Below are positions 48,573 through 58,384 of a DNA stretch of 64,000 nucleotides, piece by piece; the stretch's first letter is position 1; each line of letters begins with the position of its first letter. The DNA is from an uncultured delta proteobacterium (GTDB taxonomy: Bacteria > Desulfobacterota > Desulfuromonadia > Desulfuromonadales > BM103), in contig CAVQRZ010000043.1 in the NCBI GenBank assembly GCA_963715335.1, forward strand, positions 9,657 to 73,656, written 5' to 3'. Position numbers and translations under genes: made by a program. Under the pieces are notes generated by a model, which worked only from the letters and a program-made list of their open reading frames with translations, made no database searches and was not told where the DNA came from.

Positions 48573-49898
48573 ATGGATCTTTTTTCTTCATCGACATCCG
48601 CAAAGGCTGCGTCCCCTCTCGCCGAACGAGTGCGCCCGCAACAACTCGACGACATGGTTGGCCAGCAGCATCTGCTCGGACCGGACAACATCCTGCGCCG
48701 CCTGATCGAGACCGACCATCTCTCGTCGGCAATCTTCTGGGGCCCGCCCGGCACGGGAAAAACCACCCTCGCCCGCGTGATCGCCAACACGACCAAGTGT
48801 GAATTTGCGGCCTTCAGCGCAGTCCTCCAGGGCGTCAAGGAGGTGCGTGAGATTACCGCAAAAGCAAAGCAGGAACGCGACTACTACGGTCGCAGAACCC
48901 TGCTCTTTATCGATGAGATCCATCGCTTCAACAAGGCCCAGCAGGATGCGCTTCTGCCCTGGGTCGAGAACGGCGACATTATCCTGATCGGCGCCACGAC
49001 GGAGAACCCCTCTTTCGAAGTCAATTCCGCCCTGCTCTCCCGCTCCAGGGTTTTTGTCCTGGAACCGCTGGCACCTGCAGAGATCAGACGACTCCTGGAG
49101 CGAGCCCTGGAGAATGACCTGGAGCTGATGCGCCGCAAACTGGCCGCAGAGGATACCGCGCTCGACCTGCTGGCAGAACAGGCCCACGGCGATGCCCGTA
49201 TCGCCCTCAACACCCTTGAAGTCGCCGCCAACCTGTGCAAGGGAGCCCTGATCACCCCGGACCACATCCTGGAGGCGCTGCAACGGGCCCCCCTGGTCTA
49301 CGACAAGGGCGCCGAAGAGCATTACAATGTTGTTTCGGCATTCATCAAAAGTATGCGTGGCTCGGACCCGGATGCCGCAATCTACTGGCTGGCCCGGATG
49401 ATCGAAGCTGGCGAAGACCCCTTATTCATCGTCCGACGCATGGTGCTTTTTGCTGCGGAAGACATCGGTAACGCCGACCCGCGAGCCCTGCAGATCGCCG
49501 TGTCCGCACAGCAGGCCGTGCACTTCGTCGGCATGCCCGAGGGGCGCCTTCCCCTGGCCCAGGCCGTCACCTACCTGGCCACGGCACCGAAGAGCAACGC
49601 CGCCTATGTCGCCATAGTTGAAGCACAGCAAGAGGTTCGCGCAAGCGGCGCCCTGCCCGTACCGCTGCATATTCGCAACGCACCGACCGGGTTGATGAAA
49701 GAATTGGGTTACGGCAAGGGATATCAATACGCGCACGACCACGCCGGCGCCGTCGTCACCCAGTCCCACCTGCCTGAGCAGATCGACGGTGTGACATATT
49801 ATCGCCCCAAAGAGAGTGGCTACGAAAAGACGATCAAAGAGAGACAGGAATGGCTGAAAGCTCAAAAACCGGGAAAGGGAAAAAGTAACAAGTTATAA
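48573..49898 (+). CDS. rarA: Replication-associated recombination protein A (MgsA)
   Basis: [42 protein letters not shown]. Confidence 0.95.
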   Translation: MDLFSSSTSAKAASPLAERVRPQQLDDMVGQQHLLGPDNILRRLIETDHLSSAIFWGPPGTGKTTLARVIANTTKCEFAAFSAVLQGVKEVREITAKAKQERDYYGRRTLLFIDEIHRFNKAQQDALLPWVENGDIILIGATTENPSFEVNSALLSRSRVFVLEPLAPAEIRRLLERALENDLELMRRKLAAEDTALDLLAEQAHGDARIALNTLEVAANLCKGALITPDHILEALQRAPLVYDKGAEEHYNVVSAFIKSMRGSDPDAAIYWLARMIEAGEDPLFIVRRMVLFAAEDIGNADPRALQIAVSAQQAVHFVGMPEGRLPLAQAVTYLATAPKSNAAYVAIVEAQQEVRASGALPVPLHIRNAPTGLMKELGYGKGYQYAHDHAGAVVTQSHLPEQIDGVTYYRPKESGYEKTIKERQEWLKAQKPGKGKSNKL

Positions 49899-49929
49899 GG
49901 GATCGGAGCTTCAACCTGCAACCTCTCCA

Positions 49930-49971
49930 TTCTGAATTCTGGATACTGGATTCTGGATTCTGGATACTGGA
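49930..49971. repeat. Heptamer tandem repeat (TWCTGRA)x6
   Basis: TTCTGAA TTCTGGA TACTGGA TTCTGGA TTCTGGA TACTGGA. Confidence 0.92.
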
Positions 49972-49992
49972 CACCTTGAATTTGACACGAAC

Positions 49993-51984
49993 ATGCATGA
50001 TCTAACTGCTCTACAGGATGTTCTGATATTACTCTGCCTCGCGCTTGCTAACGCATGGTTGTTCAGCCTGCTGCGCCAGTCACCGATCGTCGGCTACCTG
50101 ACTACGGGGCTGCTGGTCGGGCCTTACGGACTGCTCCTGATCGAAGGCGTCCATGAAGTTGAGAAGGTTGCCGAGATCGGCGTCGTGCTGCTGCTCTTCA
50201 CTATCGGCCTCGAATTCTCCTACAAACGCATCATCCGCCTGAAAAACCTGCTCGTGTCAGCCGGGACGACCCAGGTCGTTGTAACCTGCATTGCAGTGAC
50301 CGTTGGCAGCTACCTGCTCGGCGAGCCTCCCGTGGCAGCGGTGGTGCTCGGCATGGCAATGGCGCTCTCGTCAACAGCGATCGTTCTGAAACTTCTGCTC
50401 GAACGCGGCGAAATCGATTCTGCTCATGGTCGCATCGCCCTCAGCATCCTGCTCTTCCAGGATATCTGTGTCATCCTCTTCATCGTCGCCTTGCCACTGT
50501 TGGGCTCCCAAGCCGGCGGCTTCTCGCTGTGGGCAATCGGCAAGTCGGCTCTGATTCTCGGTGGCCTTTACCTCTTCGTCAGGCACCTGTTGAGACCGCT
50601 GCTGCGCGGGATTCTCAAGACCCGTGCACCGGAACTTTTCCGACTGACCATATTGGCCCTGGTCCTGGGCACGGCATGGATTACCGCCCAGGCCGGACTT
50701 TCCCTGGCCCTTGGGGCGTTTCTCGCCGGCCTGGCCCTGGCTGAATCTGACTCATCTCACCAGGTGATGGCCGACATCATTCCGTTTCGTGATGTTTTTT
50801 TGGCGGTGTTCTTCATCTCGGTCGGCATGCTGGTGGACATCCGCCTGTGGATCAGCAACTGGTGGGCGGTTCTGCTCGGCATTATCCTGTTGAGCCTGGC
50901 TAAAACGATTGCCGGCACCCTTGCCGGAGTCGCTTCCAGGTACCCCCTGCGAACGGCCCTGGTCGCCGGACTGATGACCTTTCAGGTCGGCGAGTTTTCA
51001 TTCATTCTGATGGCCCAGGCCCACACCCTCGGCCTGGTTCCGATCCAGACCTATCAACTGGCCCTGTCGATCATTGCCCTGTCCATGATGTTGACGCCGT
51101 TGATGTTCCGCCTGGCCCAGCCATTGTCGCTACGCCTGGCCGGATTGTTCGGCTGGCGCGACTCGGGTCCGGTCAGCGGTGATCACGAGCGCACCGCCAA
51201 TCTGGAAGGCCATGTCATCATTGCCGGCTATGGCCTCTCCGGCAGAAACGTTGCCCGTTCCCTGCGCGAAATGCGTCTACCCTATATCCACATCGAAATG
51301 AACGGCGAAGTGGTCCGCAAGGCGCGCAAATCCGGCGAAATCATCATTCATGGCGATGCCACAGCACCGGCTGTTCTCGAAGGCGCCGGGATCCACAGGG
51401 CACGCGCCATGGTGCTGGCCATCAACGACCCTAGCGCTCTCGCCCGTGCCGTGCCAACGGCGAGGGAATTGAACCCGGGGATTTACATCCTGGCACGCAC
51501 TCATTATGTGACCAATATCAAGCCGCTGCTGAAAGCCGGCGCCAACGATATCATCACAGATGAATTCGGTGCAGGCATTGAAATGGCCGCATTCCTGTTG
51601 AAAGAGTTCCATGTCCCGGAGGGCCGGGTCCTGAAAATTCTTTCTGCATTGCGCGACGAACATCGCCGCCGCTACCAGAGCCTCGACAGTCAGACCTCCA
51701 ACCTGACCGGCTACCTCTCCGTGCTCGAAGGGGGTGAAATCGAAATCCAGGCCATCCCCGACAGCTCCCCCCACATCGGCAAAACCCTCGCCGAACTCAA
51801 TTTCCGGGCAATCACCGGCACAACCGTCATGGGAGTCATCCGCAACGAACGGGTGATCTACAGCCCGGCTGCCGAGTTGCGTCTGGAGACTGGGGACACC
51901 TTGATGCTCCTCGGTGAAGAAGAAAAATTCAACAAAGCCAAGGCATTCCTGCACGGACAATCGATGCAGGAGCCGAGCGGCTAA
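49993..51984 (+). CDS. CPA2 family cation:proton antiporter (Kef-like) with RCK_N and RCK_C domains
   Basis: LLFTIGLE, LSSTAIV, LLFQD, QVGEFSF, GYGLSG, GDAT. Confidence 0.9.
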   Translation: MHDLTALQDVLILLCLALANAWLFSLLRQSPIVGYLTTGLLVGPYGLLLIEGVHEVEKVAEIGVVLLLFTIGLEFSYKRIIRLKNLLVSAGTTQVVVTCIAVTVGSYLLGEPPVAAVVLGMAMALSSTAIVLKLLLERGEIDSAHGRIALSILLFQDICVILFIVALPLLGSQAGGFSLWAIGKSALILGGLYLFVRHLLRPLLRGILKTRAPELFRLTILALVLGTAWITAQAGLSLALGAFLAGLALAESDSSHQVMADIIPFRDVFLAVFFISVGMLVDIRLWISNWWAVLLGIILLSLAKTIAGTLAGVASRYPLRTALVAGLMTFQVGEFSFILMAQAHTLGLVPIQTYQLALSIIALSMMLTPLMFRLAQPLSLRLAGLFGWRDSGPVSGDHERTANLEGHVIIAGYGLSGRNVARSLREMRLPYIHIEMNGEVVRKARKSGEIIIHGDATAPAVLEGAGIHRARAMVLAINDPSALARAVPTARELNPGIYILARTHYVTNIKPLLKAGANDIITDEFGAGIEMAAFLLKEFHVPEGRVLKILSALRDEHRRRYQSLDSQTSNLTGYLSVLEGGEIEIQAIPDSSPHIGKTLAELNFRAITGTTVMGVIRNERVIYSPAAELRLETGDTLMLLGEEEKFNKAKAFLHGQSMQEPSG

Positions 51985-52011
51985 TTATTGCGCTCAATAA
52001 GAACAAAAGAT

Positions 52012-52051
52012 TATATTTATATATAATTAATATTAATTAAATATAAATATA
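52012..52051. repeat. 40-bp A/T-only palindrome with one mismatched pair
   Basis: TATATTTATATATAATTAAT | ATTAATTAAATATAAATATA. Confidence 0.9.
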
Positions 52052-52266
52052 TAACATAAAAAGACGACTCTACCCCTTTGAGCTTCTAAGTCCCTCACTA
52101 ATAAACGTGTTCTGACCGCAAAAAAGCTCCATTTCTCCCCGGTATTGTTATTTGTGACAATTGTCCAGCTTATGCAAATCTGTATAATCGTTCGCAAGGT
52201 ATCGATGCCAGCAGACCGATTACGTGAACTTTATGTTCGGATTTTTTTTGAGCGCATGGAGAGTGC

Positions 52267-52896
52267 ATGACTGAAAGAAAGATCAGCGACCTGAAGGTTT
52301 TAGTCATAGAGTCAACCGAAGCGGTCCGGCAACTCATGGCGACAATTCTGGAGGGGGAATACAGGGAGCTACTCTTTGCAGAGGACGCAGATGCAGGCTA
52401 CAGGATGGCCCTGGCCGAACGGCCTGATGTCATCATAACCGACGACTTGCTGCCCCGGTCGGGAGAGCGTAACGTTTGCGAAAGGATTCGGGGCAACCCG
52501 GAGTTAAGCGCCACTCCCGTAATCGTCATGACCGCCTGGGGGTCATCTGTCAGCGCGCTGGCATACTTCGAAACCGGCTGTGACCAGTTGCTCAGAAAAC
52601 CGTTCCGCTGCGAAGACATTCACTACGCGATCAGGAAAGCTGTCAAAAAACGGCAATCGGGGAAAACCATGATCCAGGTGTTGTTCAAGTCGGGAGATAT
52701 CGACATGATCGAGGTACAGAGTCTCGACAGACTGGTCAGTGAACAGGAACTCCTCTGCTTCAGACGTCGGGACGGTGTTGCCGTCGTTGGCCGAGACGCC
52801 GTCAGAGCGAACCGTGCCGATGAATATTGCGGAATTGAACGACGCACTTGCGCCATAAAACCGGCAGAGCCTGGTCATTTCCGGGCAGGCGGATGA
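52267..52896 (+). CDS. Response regulator receiver fused to a GSU3473-like domain
   Basis: PDVIITD..P, MTA, KPF receiver; MIQVLFKSG..FRRRDG..VGRDAVR..YCGIERR. Confidence 0.75.
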   Translation: MTERKISDLKVLVIESTEAVRQLMATILEGEYRELLFAEDADAGYRMALAERPDVIITDDLLPRSGERNVCERIRGNPELSATPVIVMTAWGSSVSALAYFETGCDQLLRKPFRCEDIHYAIRKAVKKRQSGKTMIQVLFKSGDIDMIEVQSLDRLVSEQELLCFRRRDGVAVVGRDAVRANRADEYCGIERRTCAIKPAEPGHFRAGG

Positions 52897-53092
52897 GCCT
52901 GTAACGCAACGCTTTATGTCGCTTCAGCATGGAGCGCATGACGCAGCAACGCTTGCACATGTTATGTTATGCAGCACTTGGACGCCCGCAGTCTTGCAAC
53001 TGCGGGCTATTTTTATCCGGGGCAGAAAGAACGATCACCGCAAGCTTGCCAATTCAGGGAGCGATCAGGCAGCCAAAAACTTAGGCCGCGCC

Positions 53093-53677
53093 CTAGAAGG
53101 ATCCTTCCCGGGCAACCTCTGCACGGGCCTTGCGATCACTCGGTTTTTCTGCGGCGGCAACCTCCACTGGCAGGATGCCGGGCGCGGCGCGATAACCGAC
53201 CGCGATAGCCGCCATGATGTCATACTCGTCGACAGGCGCATTGAGGACTTCATAAGCTTTTTCCCGGCTGAAACCGGCCATGGCATGCGCATGCAGGCCA
53301 AGCTTGCGGGCCTGCAGGGCCAGCGACATCCATGCCGCGCCGGCGTCGAAGGGTGCGTGCCGGTTTTCTTGGTCGTTATGGCCGAAATTCCGCCGGCAGA
53401 GAAGGTAGATAATCAGGGGCGCGTTTTTGACCCAGGCCTGGTTCTTTTCAACCAGTGCCGGCATGAATTTTTGCCGGTCCGCTGCGCTGGCGGCGTAGAT
53501 AAACAGCCACGGCTGGGCGTTGAAGCATGAAGGTGCCCAGCGTGCCGCCTCGAACAGGCTGTCGATCTGGACCTGGGTCAAGGGGATCGGCTCGAACGCC
53601 CGCGGCGACCAGCGGTCGATGAACATGCTGTCGATATCTGCGGTGGGATTGCGTGGATTAGTCCGATCAAAAGACAT
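53093..53677 (-). CDS. Nitroreductase family protein
   Basis: RWSPRAF, AARWAPSCFNAQPW, FDAGAAW, HAMAGF. Confidence 0.92.
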   Translation of the reverse strand: MSFDRTNPRNPTADIDSMFIDRWSPRAFEPIPLTQVQIDSLFEAARWAPSCFNAQPWLFIYAASAADRQKFMPALVEKNQAWVKNAPLIIYLLCRRNFGHNDQENRHAPFDAGAAWMSLALQARKLGLHAHAMAGFSREKAYEVLNAPVDEYDIMAAIAVGYRAAPGILPVEVAAAEKPSDRKARAEVAREGSF

Positions 53678-53688
53678 GAGTATTCCTT

Positions 53689-54714
53689 TCAGCCATCAAG
53701 GCCAACACCGGCTATCTCGTGCCGGCAGTCTTTGCAGCGATGGTCAATTAATGCCGTTTCAATGAGCCGCAGACGCTCCCTTCTGATGACCGTCTGACCG
53801 CACCCGGGGCAAAGCGTATTGCCCGCTGCAGGGTCACTGACGTTGCCCAGGTAGACATAGTGCAATCCGGACTGGCGGCCAATATCCCTGGCCTTGTACA
53901 TGATCGCCAGCGGAGTTGCCGGACGGTCCTGCATCTTGTATGTCGGGTAAAAAGCCGAGAGATGCCAGGGCACGTCTGCGCCAAGCTCCTGGTAAATAAA
54001 CTCGGCAATCCGGGTCAATTCCTGCGGGCTGTCATTATGTCCCGGGATGATGAGAGTCGTGACCTCGAGCCAGATACCGAGCCTGCGGTAATCCTTGAGG
54101 CATTCAAGCACGCCATCGAGCGATGCACCGGTTACTTCCCGGTAAGCACGGTCGGAAAAACCTTTCAGGTCGACATTGGCCGCGTCGAGATAAGGGGCAA
54201 TCTCTTCGAGGGCTTCGGTTGTCGTATAACCGTTGGTGACGAATACGTTCTTGACCCCGGCGGCCCTTGCCGCCACGGCCGTATCGTAAGCATATTCGAA
54301 GAAGATGGTCGGCTCGGTGTAGGTGTAGGCGATGCTTGCCGATTTGCTCTCAACGGCATGCCTGACCACTTCCTGCGGCGACAAAGTCGTTCCCGGAATG
54401 CCCGAACGCTCGTGAGGCCACTGGGAGATCTCGTGATTCTGGCAGTGCAGACAATGAAAGTTGCAGCCGACCGTGGCGATTGACAGGCTGCGAGAGCCGG
54501 GATGGAAATGATAGAGAGGCTTCTTTTCGACCGGATCGATGTTTTCGGAGATCGTCTGCCCGTAGACAAGGCTGTAAAGGACGCCGCCACGGTTTTCACG
54601 CACACCGCAACGGCCCCTGCGGCCGTCGGCGATGACACACCGGAAGCGACAGAGTTGGCAATGCACCTTGCCGTCGCCGGCCTTTTTCCAGAATTTTGCC
54701 GGGTGGAGTTCCAT
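53689..54714 (-). CDS. amrS: AmmeMemoRadiSam system radical SAM enzyme
   Basis: CQLC..C..CGVR, DPVEKKPLYHF, CNFHCLHC, YTYTEP; start taken at MELHPA. Confidence 0.92.
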   Translation of the reverse strand: MELHPAKFWKKAGDGKVHCQLCRFRCVIADGRRGRCGVRENRGGVLYSLVYGQTISENIDPVEKKPLYHFHPGSRSLSIATVGCNFHCLHCQNHEISQWPHERSGIPGTTLSPQEVVRHAVESKSASIAYTYTEPTIFFEYAYDTAVAARAAGVKNVFVTNGYTTTEALEEIAPYLDAANVDLKGFSDRAYREVTGASLDGVLECLKDYRRLGIWLEVTTLIIPGHNDSPQELTRIAEFIYQELGADVPWHLSAFYPTYKMQDRPATPLAIMYKARDIGRQSGLHYVYLGNVSDPAAGNTLCPGCGQTVIRRERLRLIETALIDHRCKDCRHEIAGVGLDG

Positions 54715-54738
54715 AGCCGGAAGTATAACAAAAAAAAC

Positions 54739-54819
54739 GAGAGGTGAGAGGTGAGAGGTGGAGGTGAGAGGTGAGAGGTGAGAGGTGAGAGGTGAGAGGT
54801 GAGAGGTGAGAGGTGAGAG
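54739..54819. repeat. Heptamer tandem repeat GAGAGGT: 10 perfect units, one 6-nt unit, one partial
   Basis: Read directly from the sequence. Confidence 0.97.
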
Positions 54820-54885
54820 CATAGCCTTGCGGCCTGTAAAAAATCTGTCAAGTTTTTTCGCGCCTCGCGCTGCGCACTTCGGGTG

Positions 54886-55983
54886 TTAGAACATGAACCG
54901 CCGCATCCCTACATTCAGCAGCAGGCCAACCCCGGTCATGGTCGTCACCATGCTGGTCCCGCCGTAGGAGAAGAGTGGCAAGGGCACGCCAACCACCGGC
55001 AGCAGGCCAATCACCATCCCCAGGTTGACCACGATATGCCAGAACAGCATCGCGCAGACGCCGATGGCGAGGTACATGCCGAAGCGATCATTGGAGCGCA
55101 GGGCGATATGCAACCCCCAGATGACGATCAGGCAGTAACAGGCCAGCAGCAACAGGCAGCCGATCAATCCCCACTCTTCGGCAAACACAGAAAACGCAAA
55201 ATCCGTATGCCGCTCCGGCAGGAAAGAAAGTTGTGACTGCGTCCCCTTCATGAACCCAAGGCCGGTGAAGCCGCCGCTGCCCACGGCGATTTTCGACTGG
55301 ATGATATGATAACCGGCGCCCAACGGATCTCGCTCCGGGCTAAGGAACGTGAGGATGCGCTGTTTCTGGTAGTCATGCAGGAGGAACCACCCGCCACAGG
55401 CAGCGGCCGCAGCGGACACACCGAGAAAAATCATCGCAGAGCGGCGCACCCCGGCGAACAGGGCCATGGTCCCGCCGATACAGAGGACCAGCAGCGCCGT
55501 GCCAAGATCCGGCTGCTTCATGATCAACAGCGCCGGAACGCCAAGCATCAGGCCGGGCGCAACCAGCTCCCGCACCGAGAAACCCCGCAGGTGCGCCTTC
55601 TCGCTGAAATACCGGGCAAGGACGATGATAATCACGATTTTCATGATTTCACTGGGCTGGACATTGATCCCCGCCAGGCCGATCCAGCGGGTCGCGCCCA
55701 TACTGGTCCTGCCGAAAGCCAGGACTGCGGCCAGCAGCAGCAGGTTGACGGCATAAAAAGGGAGGCTGAGATATTCCAGGTGCCGGTAGTCGAACAGGCA
55801 GACGATCGCAACGATCGCCAGGCCGATCCCCACCCAGTAGGTCTGCTTGAGATACACCGGCTGCACGGCAGCCGTCCAGGAGGACGTCGAGCTGTACATG
55901 TTGGCTATGCCGACCAGCGAAATCAGCAGGACCAGCAGCAAGTAAGCCCAGTTGAAGTGGGTTATCAATCGTCTGTCAAACAT
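54886..55983 (-). CDS. rodA: Rod shape-determining protein RodA
   Basis: GATRWI, QPSEIMK, QPDLGT, FLPERHTDF, PLPLFSYGG. Confidence 0.96.
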   Translation of the reverse strand: MFDRRLITHFNWAYLLLVLLISLVGIANMYSSTSSWTAAVQPVYLKQTYWVGIGLAIVAIVCLFDYRHLEYLSLPFYAVNLLLLAAVLAFGRTSMGATRWIGLAGINVQPSEIMKIVIIIVLARYFSEKAHLRGFSVRELVAPGLMLGVPALLIMKQPDLGTALLVLCIGGTMALFAGVRRSAMIFLGVSAAAAACGGWFLLHDYQKQRILTFLSPERDPLGAGYHIIQSKIAVGSGGFTGLGFMKGTQSQLSFLPERHTDFAFSVFAEEWGLIGCLLLLACYCLIVIWGLHIALRSNDRFGMYLAIGVCAMLFWHIVVNLGMVIGLLPVVGVPLPLFSYGGTSMVTTMTGVGLLLNVGMRRFMF

Positions 55984-55986
55984 CCA

Positions 55987-57858
55987 TCAGTCCTTGGCGG
56001 GAACCAGCGTTGTGACTTCCTTCTGCCCGGTTTGATCTGCAAAATACGCATCGTACATGGCCTTGGCGACCGGCGCTGCCGCACTGGAACCGTGGCCGCC
56101 GTGCTCGACCACCACCGCGACGGCGATCTGCGGGTTTTCAGCGGGAGCATAGGAGACGAACAAGGCATGGTCCCGATACTGGTAAGGGATTTCATCATCC
56201 TTGACCTCCTCTTCATCATCAGCTTTTTTTCGGACCACCTGGGCCGTGCCGGTTTTGCCGGCAAACCTGACCTTGTTCAGGCGGCTCCTCCAGGCCGTGC
56301 CGCCGACATCATTGACCACCGATTCCATGGCTTTTCTGACAGGGGTCAAATACTTCGATGGCCAGGCGGTCTCACTCAGCTTTTCCGGTTTGAACAGCCA
56401 TTCCGTATTGCCGTCAAGGTCGATGATCTTTTGCACGACCTGCGGCTTCCAGACCGTGCCGCCATTTGCCAGCGCAGCGGCCATGGTCGCCAGTTGGATC
56501 GGGGTCGTCAGGACGAAGCCCTGGCCAATCGCTGAAATCACGGTCTCCCCATCGTACCAGCTGGTACCGAAACGTCTTTTTTTCCATTCCCTGGTCGGGA
56601 TCAACCCTGAGCGCTCAGAGCCGAAAGGAAAACCGGTCGGCTCCCCCAAACCAAGTCGCTTCGCGGCGCTGGCGATGCGGTCGATGCCGGTTTCAAGGCC
56701 GATCTTGTAGAACCAGACATCGCAACTTTCCATAATCGCCTTATGCAGATTGACCGAGCCATGGCCTTCTTTCTTCCAGCACCGGAATTCGTAGCTCCGG
56801 CTCAACTTTATGCTGCCGGTACACTGCACACTGGTTGACGGGGCCGCCGTCCCTGCCTCCAGAGCCGCAAGCGCCACGGCCATCTTGAACGTCGATCCGG
56901 GCGGGTACAGGCCGCGCAGGGCTTTGTTGGTCAGCGGATGTTGCGGGTTGTCGGTCAGCGCCCGCCACTCCTCACTGGTGATCCCGCGGGCAAACCAGGC
57001 TGGGTCAAAGTTCGGTCGACTGACCAGGGCAAGGACTTCACCGCTGTTGACATCCAGGGCAACGACTGATCCGGCGCCGTCGGCGAGGGCATCCTCCGCG
57101 GCCTTTTGCAAAACGCTGTCAATCGTCAGGTAGATCTGGTGACCCGGCAAGGGATCGCGCGTCGTCACCTGGCGCAGTTCACGACCACGCACATTCACTT
57201 CAAGGCGTTTCTGTCCCGCCGCGCCCTGCAGCCGGCCCTCGTAAGCTCTTTCAAGCGCGGTCTTGCCGATCATCGCATCGGAGCGGTAGTCGGAAAATTC
57301 AGGCTGGTTCAGATCGTCTTCGGTGACTTCGCCGAGATAACCAAAGAGGTGGGCGGCCATGTCGCCGAAGGGGTATGAGCGAAGCGGTTTGACCTCGACC
57401 AGGATGCCGGGCAGGTCTATGGCATTCTCCTGCACCACCTCCATGGCCTGGCGCTCGACGTCTTCGAGCAGGGGCAGCGGCCGGTAGCGTGGCAGCTCCT
57501 GGCCTTTCCGCCAACGTTCCTCAAGCATCTCCTCTTCGACACCCAGCAACTTCGCCAGGGTGAAGAAAAGCTGCCGGGGATCATCAACCTCCTGGCGCAA
57601 GGCGGATACGGTAAACGCCGGTCGATTATCAACCAGCAGGGTGCCGTTGCGATCGAAGACTGCGCCACGCGGCGCCTGGATCGCGACATAGCGAATCCGG
57701 TTGCGCTCGGACAAGTCACGATAGTGATCGGCACCGAGGATTTGCAGAAACCACAGGCGCAGGGCCAAAACACAGAAGACCCCGGCAACGAACACGGAAG
57801 AGATGATGAAACGGCGTCGCAGGCCGGGCGTTTCTTCCGGGGACGGGTTAATACTCAT
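55987..57858 (-). CDS. mrdA: Penicillin-binding protein 2
   Basis: APRG..DRNG, PPGSTFK (SxxK), SCD, KTGTAQ. Confidence 0.96.
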   Translation of the reverse strand: MSINPSPEETPGLRRRFIISSVFVAGVFCVLALRLWFLQILGADHYRDLSERNRIRYVAIQAPRGAVFDRNGTLLVDNRPAFTVSALRQEVDDPRQLFFTLAKLLGVEEEMLEERWRKGQELPRYRPLPLLEDVERQAMEVVQENAIDLPGILVEVKPLRSYPFGDMAAHLFGYLGEVTEDDLNQPEFSDYRSDAMIGKTALERAYEGRLQGAAGQKRLEVNVRGRELRQVTTRDPLPGHQIYLTIDSVLQKAAEDALADGAGSVVALDVNSGEVLALVSRPNFDPAWFARGITSEEWRALTDNPQHPLTNKALRGLYPPGSTFKMAVALAALEAGTAAPSTSVQCTGSIKLSRSYEFRCWKKEGHGSVNLHKAIMESCDVWFYKIGLETGIDRIASAAKRLGLGEPTGFPFGSERSGLIPTREWKKRRFGTSWYDGETVISAIGQGFVLTTPIQLATMAAALANGGTVWKPQVVQKIIDLDGNTEWLFKPEKLSETAWPSKYLTPVRKAMESVVNDVGGTAWRSRLNKVRFAGKTGTAQVVRKKADDEEEVKDDEIPYQYRDHALFVSYAPAENPQIAVAVVVEHGGHGSSAAAPVAKAMYDAYFADQTGQKEVTTLVPAKD

Positions 57859-58384
57859 AGCGGCTATCGAGTTTGCGCAGACCGGGGAGGCTGCTGCGCG
57901 GCAAGAATGTTCGCTGCAGCCAGACGGTCAATTTCAGGAGGATAAACGCCGCGAAAAAGTTCAGCAGCAACTGTACCGGGAGCTGCCAGGCAATCTGCGC
58001 CCAGACCCCCATGTCCCGCCTGAAAAAATCCAGGGCGAAGGCAACCAGGGCCCCCTGCAAAAGGGTGCCGGCCATGACCATAAGCAGAAGCAGCACCGAG
58101 CTTTCGGTGTTCACCCGCGTCACAATGCCACGGACCGCCAGGAAAATCGCGAGCAGGACGAATCCGTAGAGACCGGGGAACGCGCCGCCGACGCCATCGA
58201 AAAACCAACCCATCAGGTACACGATCAGTCCGCCGCGCCATTGGCCTTCATGCAGGCCGAGATAAACGACCAGCAGCAGGACCAAGTCCGGCTTGTAGTC
58301 GCCCCGCAGCAGTAATGGCAAAAGGACCGTTTGCATGACGACTGCGGCCCCGGCCAGGGTAAAGTAGATCAGGGTCCGGCTCAT
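57848..58384 (-). CDS. mreD: Rod shape-determining protein MreD
   Basis: Hydrophobic, KPDLVL, located between mreC and mrdA. Confidence 0.88.
   Translation of the reverse strand: MSRTLIYFTLAGAAVVMQTVLLPLLLRGDYKPDLVLLLVVYLGLHEGQWRGGLIVYLMGWFFDGVGGAFPGLYGFVLLAIFLAVRGIVTRVNTESSVLLLLMVMAGTLLQGALVAFALDFFRRDMGVWAQIAWQLPVQLLLNFFAAFILLKLTVWLQRTFLPRSSLPGLRKLDSRYEY

Noticed and set aside
54739..54819. CRISPR array, or an N-terminal LTSHLSP repeat extension of AmrS
   Set aside because: No spacers and no cas genes; the peptide repeat is just translation of the heptamer array upstream of the real start
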